Assembly: GCA_039180415.1 (NCBI GenBank)
Contig: JBCDDH010000009.1
Location: forward strand, 1-40,000
Length of the DNA: 40,000 bases
Source of the DNA: Planctomycetota bacterium
GTDB lineage: Bacteria; Planctomycetota; Phycisphaerae; Phycisphaerales; Phycisphaeraceae
Direction of reading: 5' to 3'
The position numbers and the translations under genes were made by a program. Below are positions 1 through 10,206 of this stretch, in pieces (within the stretch, counting starts at the first letter, position 1; each line of letters starts with the position of its first letter). Under the pieces are notes generated by a model. The model had not been told where the DNA came from. It saw nothing but the letters and a program-made list of their open reading frames with translations, and did not search any database.

Positions 1-246
1 GGCAGGGCGGCGGCCGGGGCGGGGGCGCCGTTGCCGCACGTCAGCGGGGCGGCGGCCGCTACGGCCCCCGGCGCAGGCGCCGCGGTGGCCGCGGGGGAGG
101 CGTCTTCGCCGGAAGACCAAGAGCCGGGCGAGGGCGACGGCGGAGACGGCCGGCACCCCGGCGATCGGGCGGGGATGACCCGCAAGCAGCGTCGGGCGGC
201 CGAAGCGCGGGAGCGGAAAGCGGGGGGTGGCGGGAAGCGTCGTTGA
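1..246 (+). CDS. 3' end of an upstream gene (partial); Ala/Gly-rich linker and Arg/Lys-rich tail, function unknown
   Basis: Frame 1 is open from base 1 to TGA 244-246 with a strong G/C preference at codon position 3. Tail reads ...MTRKQRRAAEARERKAGGGGKRR. A strong hairpin follows. No family recognised. Confidence 0.3.
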   Translation, partial: GRAAAGAGAPLPHVSGAAAATAPGAGAAVAAGEASSPEDQEPGEGDGGDGRHPGDRAGMTRKQRRAAEARERKAGGGGKRR

Positions 247-271
247 CGGCCGCCGGATTAGGAAACCAGCC

Positions 272-305
272 AGCCCGGAGACAGCCGTCTCCGGGCTTTA
301 TGTTT
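272..305. terminator. Hairpin terminator between convergent genes
   Basis: Perfect 11-bp stem AGCCCGGAGAC (272-282) / GTCTCCGGGCT (287-297) with a 4-nt loop, then TTATGTTT on the + strand. Lies between stop 244-246 (+) and the Fur-family stop 298-300 (-). Confidence 0.65.
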
Positions 306-735
306 CGCCGTCGCCTTCATGGGCTTGCGCAGCATCCGGAGTCGCGTAGATGACCACACGGTGGGCGAGCGGGGTCAGGCCGTGTTGGTCGCAGATGTTG
401 CGGATGAACTGGTCGAGCGGTTCGGTGGGGAACTCGGTGACCTCGCCGGTGTCGGCGTGGACGAGGTGCCCGACGACGGGCTTGCCGTAGGACAGTTGGT
501 AGTGGGCGCGGGTGGCGTCGAGCAGGACCTCGCGGATGATGCCGGCGTCGATGAGGTGTTTGAGGGTGCGGTAGACGGTGGCCTTGGAGACGCGGTGTTC
601 GGGGTGGTCGCGCTTGAGGTCGGCGATGAGTTCCTCGGCTTCGAACACGCCCTGCCGCGCGAGCACGATGTCGAGGAGCACGGCCCGTTCGGTGGTGAAC
701 TTCAGGCCTTGCTGCTTGAGGTGGCGACGGAACAC
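298..735 (-). CDS. Fur-family transcriptional regulator (variant without the CxxC zinc motifs)
   Basis: The last 145 codons of ORF 298..2202(-) read MFRRHLKQQGLKFTTERAVLLDIV...SKATVYRTLKHLIDAGII...GHLVHADTGEVTEF, which matches a Fur winged-helix plus dimerisation-domain pattern. Start placed at the in-frame GTG (complement of 733-735). An alternative GTG at 817-819 would add 28 Pro-rich residues. The rest of the 634-aa ORF is antisense to hom and is rejected. Confidence 0.8.
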   Translation of the reverse strand: MFRRHLKQQGLKFTTERAVLLDIVLARQGVFEAEELIADLKRDHPEHRVSKATVYRTLKHLIDAGIIREVLLDATRAHYQLSYGKPVVGHLVHADTGEVTEFPTEPLDQFIRNICDQHGLTPLAHRVVIYATPDAAQAHEGDGET

Positions 736-948
736 GGCGCACAGCGGCGGGGCGAAGCCGGGCGGCAGTTTGGGCGCGGGCGGGGCGAGCGACGGTTGGG
801 TAAAGCGGACCTTAGACACGCGTATATTGTAATCCTGCGAGCGGTCGAAGAGATGGGACACCGGCCAAAGCCGCGTTTTACCGTGTTTGCCCCGGCGGGC
901 TTTGCGGCGGCTCGCCGGAGGGGCGCCGGGTGCCGGTATTCTGCGGCG

Positions 949-2307
949 ATGATCCAACAGACCAACGAGACGGCGGCGGTGGGCGTGGGGATGATCGGGT
1001 TGGGGACGGTGGGGCGGGGGGTGGCGGCGTTGTTGACCGAACACGCGGCGGCGTACGCGACGCGCTGCGGCCGATCGATCGCGCTGCGGGCGGTCGTGGT
1101 GCGCGACGCCGAGAGGGCGCGGGGCTGGGCGGAACAGGGCGGCGCGGTCGATCCTTCGCTGATCGGTACGGACGTGGACGCGCTGCTCGGCGACGGCGTG
1201 GACGTGGTGATCGAGGTCGCGGGAGGCGTGGACGTAGCCCGGCGTTACGTCGAAGCGGCGTTGGCGGCGGGCAAGCACGTGGTCACCGCGAACAAGGCGT
1301 TGCTCGCCGCACACGGCCCGGCGCTGTTTAAGTTGGCTCGGACGCACGGCGTGAGCGTGGCGTTCGAGGCGAGCTGCGCCGGCGGCATCCCCTGCGTGAC
1401 GGCGCTCCAATTCGGGTTGATGAGCAACCGCGTGCAAGGCCTCTACGGCATCCTCAACGGCACGTGCAACTACATCCTGACCCAGATGACCCGACACGGG
1501 CAGAGCTACGCCGAAGCCCTCGCCGAGGCGAAAGCGCTTGGTTACGCCGAGGCGGACGAGACGTTGGACGTGAGCGGCGCCGACGCGGCGCAGAAGCTGG
1601 CGATCCTGGCGTCGATCGCGTTCGGTGGCGCGGTGCCGGGCGAGGCGGTCGGCTGCGAAGGCATCGACACGCTGGATTTGCTGGACGTGGGCTTCGGCGA
1701 CGAGTTGGGGTACGACCTGAAGCTGATCGCCGCTGCGGAACAAGGCGAAGGCGGGGACGGCTTGTTTCTTTCGACCCGGCCTTGCTTCGTGAGTAAGGAC
1801 ACCCAGCTCGCGCAGGTGCACGGGGCGTTCAACGCCTTGTCGGTGGTGGGCGACGCGGTGGGCCACGTGATGTTCTATGGGCCGGGCGCGGGCCGGGGGC
1901 CGACGGCGTCGGCGGTGGTGAGCGACCTGTTGAACGTGGCGTCGGGCTGGTACCCGGCGGCGTTTTCGGCGATGGGGTTGGTGCCGGACGGCTCGGTGGA
2001 AGCGGCGCGTCACCCGAGCGACGAGGTGATGAGCCGTTTCTATCTGCGTTTGGCGTTGAAGGACGTGCCCGGCGGTTTCGGCCGGATCACCACGACGCTG
2101 GGCGAGCACGGCGTGTCGCTCTCGGCGGTATTGCAGCACGAAGCGGGCGAGCGTGACGCGGATATGTCGGGCGCGTTCGTGCCGGTGGTGGTGACAACGC
2201 ACCGGTGTCGACAGGGAGACCTGCGGGCGGCGTGCGCGGCGTTGGCGGATTTGTCGGAGGTCGAGGGCCCGCCGGTGGTGATCCGGATCCTGGATTTCGC
2301 GGCGTGA
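949..2307 (+). CDS. hom: Homoserine dehydrogenase
   Basis: ATG 949 is in frame within ORF 319..2307. Motifs: MIGLGTVGRGV (GxGxxG), VVTANKALLA, GILNGTCNYIL, GADAAQKLAILA, plus a C-terminal ACT-like region (FYLRLALKDVPGGFGRITTTLGEHGVSL). Confidence 0.92.
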   Translation: MIQQTNETAAVGVGMIGLGTVGRGVAALLTEHAAAYATRCGRSIALRAVVVRDAERARGWAEQGGAVDPSLIGTDVDALLGDGVDVVIEVAGGVDVARRYVEAALAAGKHVVTANKALLAAHGPALFKLARTHGVSVAFEASCAGGIPCVTALQFGLMSNRVQGLYGILNGTCNYILTQMTRHGQSYAEALAEAKALGYAEADETLDVSGADAAQKLAILASIAFGGAVPGEAVGCEGIDTLDLLDVGFGDELGYDLKLIAAAEQGEGGDGLFLSTRPCFVSKDTQLAQVHGAFNALSVVGDAVGHVMFYGPGAGRGPTASAVVSDLLNVASGWYPAAFSAMGLVPDGSVEAARHPSDEVMSRFYLRLALKDVPGGFGRITTTLGEHGVSLSAVLQHEAGERDADMSGAFVPVVVTTHRCRQGDLRAACAALADLSEVEGPPVVIRILDFAA

Positions 2308-2339
2308 AGCCGGAGACGGCGGCCGGGTGAAGCGTGGCG

Positions 2340-2585
2340 TCAGAACAGCCAGGTCAACAGCGTGAGCAGCAGGGCGGCGAGGGCCATGAACAACAGCACC
2401 TGCCCCGCGAGCTTGATCGCTTCGAGCGGAAGGTCACGCAGGTGCGGCAGCTTGATCGTCTTGTAGACCACGGCCACGCCCACCACGAGCGGCACGCACA
2501 GCCAGAACCAACCCGCGTCGATGGGCAGGGGCTCGAAGAACGGCCGCCAGGCGAGCGTGACAGACGCGGCACTGATCGGCGTCAA
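2340..2585 (-). CDS. Small membrane protein (about 81 aa, 2 TM), unknown function
   Basis: C-terminal part of ORF 2340..2843(-): LTPISAASVTLAWRPFFEPLPIDAGWFWLCVPLVVGVAVVYK...LAGQVLLFMALAALLLTLLTWLF. The TTG start overlaps the upstream stop as TTGA (2582-2585). High GC3. Confidence 0.55.
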   Translation of the reverse strand: MTPISAASVTLAWRPFFEPLPIDAGWFWLCVPLVVGVAVVYKTIKLPHLRDLPLEAIKLAGQVLLFMALAALLLTLLTWLF

Positions 2586-3130
2586 GCGAACACCTCGGAT
2601 TCGTCGGGTTCGGCCACGCCGACCGGCTTGCGATACAGCACGTCGATGATCGCGAGCAGGTTGAGCAGCCCGGCCAGCGCGGTGTAGAGCGTGCCCTGTT
2701 CTTCGGGCTTGCCGTGGGCGGGCACGTAGCCGCGATCGATGTGGGCCTCGGTGCCGACCCGGCGGTTCCAGGTTTGGCGGAGGTGGTCGTGGTAGCGATC
2801 GACGACCCACGCGGGCGCGACCATCATCTGCCCGATGAACCACGCGGGGTGGTCGCGTCGGTCGATCACGCTGATGCCGCCGATGAGCAGACCGCCCAGC
2901 CAGAGCGAGCCGATGGTCGCCGCCAGGACCAGGCCGCGTGCGGTGTGGCCCAGCGCGAGGTGGCCGAGGCCGGGCAACGCCCAGCCCAGCACCGCTGCCG
3001 CGAGGTTCAGGCCCGCGGCGCTGCGGCGGGCGCGCCGCGCCGCCGCGGCCTTTGGGGCGCTCGGCTCGAGGTTGGCGGGCTTGCCGGTTTTCGGTGTTTT
3101 GGGGGGGGTGGGCGGTGTGGGTTCGTTCAT
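2582..3130 (-). CDS. Membrane protein with Pro/Lys-rich N-terminus, unknown function
   Basis: ATG at complement of 3128-3130 gives MNEPTPPTPPKTPKTGKP..., then hydrophobic segments AAAVLGWALPGLGHLALGH, LVLAATIGSLWLGGLLIGGISVI and LYTALAGLLNLLAIIDVLY. The upstream 28 codons of the tracked ORF are Arg-rich and unlikely to be coding. Confidence 0.65.
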   Translation of the reverse strand: MNEPTPPTPPKTPKTGKPANLEPSAPKAAAARRARRSAAGLNLAAAVLGWALPGLGHLALGHTARGLVLAATIGSLWLGGLLIGGISVIDRRDHPAWFIGQMMVAPAWVVDRYHDHLRQTWNRRVGTEAHIDRGYVPAHGKPEEQGTLYTALAGLLNLLAIIDVLYRKPVGVAEPDESEVFA

Positions 3131-3350
3131 GTCGGGCGGGCGTCGGGTCGAAATCGTCGGCGGAGCGCTCGGTCGACGAGGCCGGCTTGACAAACGCCGC
3201 GCTCCGCGTTGCACTGCGCGAGGGCGGGTCGAGTCGGGCTGACCCCGCAGTCTAAACCGACCCGCCCCGACGCTCCGTCCGTGCCCCTACGATCGGCACG
3301 GCCCGCCCCTCGGAACCCTGGAAACCCGCACGCTTCGGAGGAACCGACCC

Positions 3351-3728
3351 ATGACCCGACCCGTTGCCGACCTCCGTCTCCGCTCCGAACCGCCCGCGCC
3401 CGCGGCGCTCGCCAATGAGCCCTTTGTCTCCGAGCCCTTCGGCGATTTCCCCCTGTCCGACCCGGTGTGGCCCGCGCTCGACGCCCCGTTCACGCAACCC
3501 GGTCAACCCGACCAACCCGCACACCAGGACCCTCGCGGCTTCTTCTTCGCCCTCGACGACGACGACGACATGGAGGACGACGACCTGTTCGACGATGACG
3601 AGAACGACGACGAACTGCTCGACGACGACGATGACGACGACGACTTCTTCGACGACGACGAAGACGACTTCGACGACGACGACGATGACGACGACGACGA
3701 CAGCTACTTCCTTGGCGACGACGACTAA
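3351..3728 (+). CDS. Extremely acidic poly-Asp protein (125 aa)
   Basis: GGAGGA lies 7 nt upstream of ATG 3351. Codon position 3 is consistently G/C. A Pro-rich N-terminal half is followed by FFFALDDDDDMEDDDLFDDDENDDELLDDDDDDDDFFDDDEDDFDDDDDDDDDDSYFLGDDD. Confidence 0.65.
   Translation: MTRPVADLRLRSEPPAPAALANEPFVSEPFGDFPLSDPVWPALDAPFTQPGQPDQPAHQDPRGFFFALDDDDDMEDDDLFDDDENDDELLDDDDDDDDFFDDDEDDFDDDDDDDDDDSYFLGDDD
3555..3725 (+). repeat. Imperfect (GAC)n trinucleotide tract, coding for poly-Asp
   Basis: Runs of GAC/GAT codons, up to 10 consecutive, interrupted by TTC/CTG/GAA codons. This tract creates the long Val-, Arg- and Thr-rich phantom ORFs in the other frames. Confidence 0.85.
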
Positions 3729-3804
3729 ACGCCCGGCCCACCCTCCGAGCCCCCCAGGCTCAGCCGGGACCCCCGCTTCCCCGAAGCACGCAGGAGCCCG
3801 GACC

Positions 3805-4215
3805 ATGGCCGACGAATCCACGAATCAGCCCGAGCAGCGTTACGCCGGCCCCGACCGCCGCCAGAGCGTGGTCGATCTACGCACCGACGGCACGGGCCTC
3901 GAGCGCCGTCGCGGCCCCGGGCGTCGCCGCACCGACTTCGCCAAGTCCGCCGAGGAAGGCGAGATGACCCCCGAGCAGTTCCTGTTCATCCAGGCCATCG
4001 ACGCCTACAAGAAAGTCAATCAGCGGCCGTTCCCCACGTGGACCGAAGTCTTGGAGGTGCTCCGCAAGCTCGGCTACCGCAAGACCCAGCCTACCGAATT
4101 GGACATCCGCAGCGCCGAAGACTGGACCGAGGCCGCGGACGCCCCCGCCTTCCCGCCGCCCGTCACGCCGATCGAGGGCGACGTGCCCGACGAGCGCTAC
4201 GAAGACGCGGCGTAA
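3805..4215 (+). CDS. Hypothetical protein with Arg-rich N-terminus and a compact helical core
   Basis: ATG 3805 is in frame in ORF 3364..4215, with AGGAG about 10 nt upstream. Sequence: MADESTNQPEQRYAGPDRRQSVVDLRTDGTGLERRRGPGRRRTDF...MTPEQFLFIQAIDAYKKVNQRPFPTWTEVLEVLRKLGYRK. No family recognised. Confidence 0.7.
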   Translation: MADESTNQPEQRYAGPDRRQSVVDLRTDGTGLERRRGPGRRRTDFAKSAEEGEMTPEQFLFIQAIDAYKKVNQRPFPTWTEVLEVLRKLGYRKTQPTELDIRSAEDWTEAADAPAFPPPVTPIEGDVPDERYEDAA

Positions 4216-4290
4216 GACTCGCAGGAAATCCGGAGAGCAGGAAGCCAGCGCGGCGCATCGACGCGGGTGCCTGATTCCCCGCGCCTCGTA

Positions 4291-5421
<1,131 letters not shown>

Positions 5422-5495
5422 TCCCAAATCCTACCGCCGCGCACCCGTCGAGCAGTCCTTGGGCACCGCCCGCGGGCATCGCCCCACACCGCGCT

Positions 5496-7202
5496 TCATT
5501 TCTTGCTCTTCCACGAATCCCGCAGCCCCAGCGTCCGGTTGAACACCGGGCGATCCGGGGCGTGATCCACATCCGCCGTCACGTACGCGTGTCGCTCGAA
5601 CTGCAAAGGCTCGCCCGGCACGGCTTCCCGCAACGCGGGCTCGATCTTGATCTTCTGTTTCGTGAGCGCGTCGGGGTTGAGGTTCGCTCGCCAGAATTCT
5701 TTCGGGTCCGCTCCGTCCGGCGCGCCTTCGGCTTGCTGGTCGGGGTCCGGCGTCACGAACAACCGGTCGTACACCCGCAGCTCCGCGTCGGCCGCATGGG
5801 CGGCGCTCACCCAATGCAGCGTGCCCTTCACTTTCCGACCGTCCGGCGAATCTCCGCCGCGTGTCGCCGGGTCGTACGTCGCGTGGACCTCGGTGACGTT
5901 CCCCGCGTCGTCGGTCTCGTAGCCCGTGCAAGTCACGAAGAACCCGTACCGCAGCCGCACCTCGCGACCGGGTCCGAGACGGAAAAACTTCTTCGGCGGG
6001 TCGACCATGAAGTCGTTTCGCTCGATCAGCAGCTCGCCCGAGAACGGAACCTGCCGCGTGCCCGCCGACTCGTCCTCGGGGTTGTTCACGACGTCCATCA
6101 TTTCGACCGCGGCCGCGTCCCCGCCGTGTTCGTCGGCCCAGTTCGTGATCACGAGCTTGACCGGGTCCAGCACCGCCATCCGCCGCAGCGCGGCCTTGTT
6201 GAGCACGTGTCGCTGATGGTGCTCGAACAGTTCGATCTCGGTGCGTCCTTTGAACTTCGTGACGCCGACTTCTTCGACGCAGGCTTTGATTCCCTCGGGG
6301 GAAAAGCCCCGCCGCCGCATCCCCCGCAGCGTCGGCAGCCGCGGGTCGTCCCAGCCGTTCACCACGCCTTCGTCGATCAGGGCCTTGAGTTTGCGTTTGC
6401 TGGTCATCACGTACGTGAACTCCAGCCGAGAAAATTCGATCTGCCTTGACGGAAAGATGCCGAGCTTCTCGATGAACCAGTCGTACAGCGGTCGGTGGTC
6501 TTCGAACTCCAGGCTGCACAGCGAGTGTGTGATGCGTTCGAGCGAATCGCTCTGCCCGTGGGCGAAGTCGTACATCGGGTAGATGCACCATGTGCCGCCG
6601 GTGCGCGGGTGCGTCGCGTGCAGGATGCGGTACATCACCGGGTCGCGCAGGTTCATGTTCGGCGAGGCCATGTCGATCTTGGCCCGCAGTACTTTGGCGC
6701 CGTCGGGAAACTCGCCGTTTTTCATCCGCTCGAACAGGCCGAGCGACTCGTCGGCGGGGCGATCGCGATAGGGCGACGCGCTTCCGGGGGTATTCACATT
6801 GCCGCGCGTCTCGCGGATCACCTCGACGGGCTGCTCGTCCACGTACGCGTCGCCCTGCTGGATGAGCTGCTGCGCCCATTCGTAAAGCTGCCCGAAGTAA
6901 TCGCTGGCGTAGCACTCCCGGTCGGGCGTGAAGCCCAGCCAGGCGACGTCCTCGCGGATCGCGTCGATGTAGGCCTGCTCTTCCTTGGTCGGGTTCGTGT
7001 CGTCGAAGCGGAGGTTCGTTTCGCCGTCGAAGTCCCGGGCGACGCCGAAGTCGATGCAGATCGCCTTGGCGTGCCCGACGTGCAGGAACCCGTTGGGTTC
7101 GGGGGGGAACCGCGTGACCACCGGTTTTTCGAACCGCCCGGACGCCAGGTCCGCCGCCACCGCCTCCCGCACAAAATCCGTTTTGTTCGCTGCGTCTGCC
7201 AT
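5496..7202 (-). CDS. glnS: Glutamine--tRNA ligase
   Basis: [24 protein letters not shown] (HIGH region), [20 protein letters not shown] (KMSKS-like). Length 568 aa. Confidence 0.95.
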   Translation of the reverse strand: MADAANKTDFVREAVAADLASGRFEKPVVTRFPPEPNGFLHVGHAKAICIDFGVARDFDGETNLRFDDTNPTKEEQAYIDAIREDVAWLGFTPDRECYASDYFGQLYEWAQQLIQQGDAYVDEQPVEVIRETRGNVNTPGSASPYRDRPADESLGLFERMKNGEFPDGAKVLRAKIDMASPNMNLRDPVMYRILHATHPRTGGTWCIYPMYDFAHGQSDSLERITHSLCSLEFEDHRPLYDWFIEKLGIFPSRQIEFSRLEFTYVMTSKRKLKALIDEGVVNGWDDPRLPTLRGMRRRGFSPEGIKACVEEVGVTKFKGRTEIELFEHHQRHVLNKAALRRMAVLDPVKLVITNWADEHGGDAAAVEMMDVVNNPEDESAGTRQVPFSGELLIERNDFMVDPPKKFFRLGPGREVRLRYGFFVTCTGYETDDAGNVTEVHATYDPATRGGDSPDGRKVKGTLHWVSAAHAADAELRVYDRLFVTPDPDQQAEGAPDGADPKEFWRANLNPDALTKQKIKIEPALREAVPGEPLQFERHAYVTADVDHAPDRPVFNRTLGLRDSWKSKK

Positions 7203-7240
7203 CGCCGCACGATATCTGCCCCCGCTAAACTCCGCTCCCC

Positions 7241-8758
7241 GTGCCCGAATCCCCCTTCCAGGTCGTCACCCGCTTCGCCCCGTCCCCCACCGGCGAGCTG
7301 CACATCGGGCACGCCCGCACCGTGCTCTACGCATGGGCCTTTGCGCGTCGCCACGACGGGATGTTCCAACTCCGTTTCGAAGACACTGACCTGGCTCGTT
7401 CGTCCGACGCTTCCGCCCAAGGCATGCTGGACGACCTGGATTGGCTCGGGTTCCTTCCCGACAACTACGAACCTTCTCGCGGAGTCGGCGGCATCCCCCG
7501 CCAATCGGAACGACATCAACAGGGGCGCTACAACGAGGTCATCCAGCAACTGCTCGACGCCGGCGAGGCCTACGAAGACGACGACACGGTTCGCTTCAAG
7601 ATGGGCGACCACCGCGGCGACGTCACGTTCACCGACGCCGTGTACGGCACGATCGAAACGCCCGCCGCCGACCTCGAGGATTTCATCATCCGCAAGGGCC
7701 AAGCCGGGGGGTTCATGCCGACCTTCCACCTCGCCGTCGTCGTCGACGACCACGACTTCGGCTGCACCCACGTGCTTCGCGGCCAAGGCCATCTCAGCAA
7801 CACGCCCAAGCACGCCGCGTTGTGCGACGCGTTGGGCTGGCCCCGCCCCGTGTGGGCTCACCTGCCCGACATCCTGACGCCCGGCGGCAAAGGGAAGATG
7901 GGCAAACGCGACAAGTCCAAGCTCGCCCGCCAACACGCGTCGGACCAAGGCTGGGGCTGCCCCGACGGCATCGCCCCCGCTCGTTTCGCAGCCTTCATGG
8001 CCAAGGAGAACCACGACACGGACATCGCCGCCGCTCTTGCCCAAGCCAACGGATTAGCGCTCCCCGAAATCGATGTCGCCGACTTCCGACGTTCGGGCTA
8101 CCTGCCCGCGGCGCTGCTCAACTACATCGCGCTGCTCGGCTGGAACCCGGGTCAGGACCTCGAGCATTTTTCGGTCGATTACCTCGCCGAGCACTTCTCG
8201 CTCGACCGCATTAACAAGGCCAACGGCACCTTCGATCGCGCGAAGCTTGCCTCGTTCAATCAGGACGCGATCTTGCGGATGTCGCTCGACGATTTTGAGC
8301 CGGTCTTGCGTGCCCACTTCCAGCAGTTCCACCCCGGCAAGCTCGAACAACTCGGCGAGCATTTCAGGTTGTTCAGCGACGCCTACTGGGAACGCAGCAA
8401 AACGCTCGACGACCCCGCGACGCTCGGCGCTTTCGTCTTCTCGGCCCCGACGGAATACAACGCTAAGGCCGTGAAGAAAAACCTGACCAAGAACGAAAAC
8501 CAGGGTTTGCGGGTGCTCGCCGCGTTGCGGGAGAAGCTGGAAGCCGTGAACCCATGGGACGTCTCCACGCTACGCGAAACCTTGGAACAAGCCTGGCAAG
8601 ACCTCGGCGGCCCGCACATGGGCCACGTCGCCCAGCCGCTCCGCGTTGCCCTGACCGGCACGGCCGTGTCCCCCGAGATCGACGCCACGCTCGCCCTGCT
8701 CGGCCGAGACGAAACCCTGTCCCGCATCGACCGATGCCTCGCGGAGTTTGCCTCGTGA
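7241..8758 (+). CDS. gltX: Glutamate--tRNA ligase with an insertion after the KMSKS loop
   Basis: GTG start. Motifs: [63 protein letters not shown]. Confidence 0.93.
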   Translation: MPESPFQVVTRFAPSPTGELHIGHARTVLYAWAFARRHDGMFQLRFEDTDLARSSDASAQGMLDDLDWLGFLPDNYEPSRGVGGIPRQSERHQQGRYNEVIQQLLDAGEAYEDDDTVRFKMGDHRGDVTFTDAVYGTIETPAADLEDFIIRKGQAGGFMPTFHLAVVVDDHDFGCTHVLRGQGHLSNTPKHAALCDALGWPRPVWAHLPDILTPGGKGKMGKRDKSKLARQHASDQGWGCPDGIAPARFAAFMAKENHDTDIAAALAQANGLALPEIDVADFRRSGYLPAALLNYIALLGWNPGQDLEHFSVDYLAEHFSLDRINKANGTFDRAKLASFNQDAILRMSLDDFEPVLRAHFQQFHPGKLEQLGEHFRLFSDAYWERSKTLDDPATLGAFVFSAPTEYNAKAVKKNLTKNENQGLRVLAALREKLEAVNPWDVSTLRETLEQAWQDLGGPHMGHVAQPLRVALTGTAVSPEIDATLALLGRDETLSRIDRCLAEFAS

Positions 8759-9186
8759 AATACTGGCTCTTCAAATCCGAACCCGGCACCTGGTCCTGGG
8801 ACGATCAGTGGTCCGCCCCGAAAAAAACCACCGAATGGGACGGCGTCCGCAACCACCAGGCCAACAACCTGATGAAGGCCATGAAGAAGGGCGACCGCGG
8901 CTTTTTCTACCACTCGGTCAACGAAAAACGCATCGTCGGCGTCGTCGAGGTCGTCAAGGAACACGAGCCCGATCCCACCGACAAGACCGGCCGAAGCAAG
9001 GAAGGCTTCGGCATGGTCACGCTCCAAGCGATCGCCGCGATGCCCGAGCCCGTGTCGCTCGAACAGGTCAAAGCCGAGCCGAAGCTCGAAAGCATGGTGC
9101 TCGTCAACAATTCACGATTGAGCGTGCAGCCCGTCACCGCGGCTGAGTTCAAGCACGTCTGCAAGCTGGGGAAGTACAAGAGCTGA
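8755..9186 (+). CDS. EVE (PUA-like) domain protein
   Basis: GTG 8755 overlaps the gltX stop as GTGA. Sequence: [19 protein letters not shown]...WDGVRNHQANNLMKAMKKGDRGFFYHS...IVGVVEVVKE. Confidence 0.85.
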   Translation: MKYWLFKSEPGTWSWDDQWSAPKKTTEWDGVRNHQANNLMKAMKKGDRGFFYHSVNEKRIVGVVEVVKEHEPDPTDKTGRSKEGFGMVTLQAIAAMPEPVSLEQVKAEPKLESMVLVNNSRLSVQPVTAAEFKHVCKLGKYKS

Positions 9187-9297
9187 TTGGCCGTCGTTCG
9201 AGAACTGCTCCGCGGCGAGCGGTTAGGGCTTTGCTGCGATATCTCAACTGCAGACGAACCATTAATTTTCGCTTAACAACAAGGAAGCAACCCACGT

Positions 9298-10206
9298 ATG
9301 AGTCTCTTGGTCACCGGCAGCATCGGCATCGACACCATCCACGCGCCCACGGGTCAGGCCGACAACGTGCTCGGCGGCAGCGCGATCTACTTCGCCGCCG
9401 CGGCTTCGTACTGGTCCCCCGTTCGCCTCGTCGGCGCCGTCGGCGAAGACTTTCCGGGTGAACTCGAAAAGCCGTTCCACGCCTTCGACATCGACCTCGC
9501 GGGCCTCGAGAAGCGGGCCGGCTCGAAGACCTTCCGTTGGACCGGCAAGTACCTCGACAACATGAACGACCGCGAGACGCTGAGCGTCGAGCTCAACGTG
9601 CTGGCCGAGGACCTGCCGCCCGTGCCGGACGCGTTCAAGGATTCGTCCTACGTCTTCCTCGCCAACACGCACCCCGGCGGGCAGCTCGCGCTGCGGTCGC
9701 AGTTCGGCGACGCCAAGCTCGTCGTGGCCGACACGATGGACCTCTGGATTCAGAACGAGCGGGCCCTGCTGCTCGACCTGCTCAAGCAGATCGACGGCCT
9801 TGTGCTCAACGATTCCGAGTCGTTCCTCCTCACCGAAGAACGCAACCCCGTCGTCGCCGGCCGGAAGATCCTCGACCTGGGCCCGAAGTTCGTCGTGATC
9901 AAGAAGGGCGAACACGGGGCCCTGCTTGTCCACGCCGACGGTGAGGCGGCGTTGCCCGCGTTCCCCGCGGCCGACGTCGTGGACCCCACCGGGGCCGGCG
10001 ACACGTTCGGCGGCGGCATGATGGGTTACCTCGCCGCCCAAGGCGCGACCGGCGACTTCGCGACGCTCGTCAAGGCCATGGCCGCCGGCACGGTCGTCGC
10101 GAGCTTCAACATCGAGAAGTTTTCGCTCGATCGTCTGCTCGACCTGAAGCGTCACGACATCGACGCCCGTTTGAAGCGGTACGCCGCGATGCTCGACGTG
10201 TCGTGA
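9298..10206 (+). CDS. PfkB-family carbohydrate/nucleoside kinase (copy 1)
   Basis: LLVTGSIGIDTI, GGSAIYFAAAAS and the PfkB signature [17 protein letters not shown]. Confidence 0.88.
   Translation: MSLLVTGSIGIDTIHAPTGQADNVLGGSAIYFAAAASYWSPVRLVGAVGEDFPGELEKPFHAFDIDLAGLEKRAGSKTFRWTGKYLDNMNDRETLSVELNVLAEDLPPVPDAFKDSSYVFLANTHPGGQLALRSQFGDAKLVVADTMDLWIQNERALLLDLLKQIDGLVLNDSESFLLTEERNPVVAGRKILDLGPKFVVIKKGEHGALLVHADGEAALPAFPAADVVDPTGAGDTFGGGMMGYLAAQGATGDFATLVKAMAAGTVVASFNIEKFSLDRLLDLKRHDIDARLKRYAAMLDVS

Noticed and set aside
298-2202. 634-aa ORF on the minus strand covering the whole hom region
   Set aside because: Only the last roughly 145 codons look like a real protein (Fur family). The upstream part is Arg/His/Pro-rich low-complexity sequence lying antisense to a well-supported homoserine dehydrogenase. 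Long stop-free antisense frames are expected at this GC content.
3252-3821. Val-rich (3252..3821-), Arg-rich (3490..3741-) and Thr-rich (3364..3804+) ORFs
   Set aside because: These are the alternative frames or antisense of the (GAC)n tract (GTC = Val, CGT/CGA/CGC = Arg, ACG/ACC = Thr). The Asp frame has the SD, the ATG and a consistent codon bias.
5431-8044. Several 400-500-aa ORFs (5431..6915-, 6495..7877+, 6818..8044-, 5562..6449+) overlapping glnS and gltX
   Set aside because: All are Arg/Pro/Gly/Ala-rich with no motifs, and they overlap two unambiguous aminoacyl-tRNA synthetase genes in other frames. They are high-GC artefacts.
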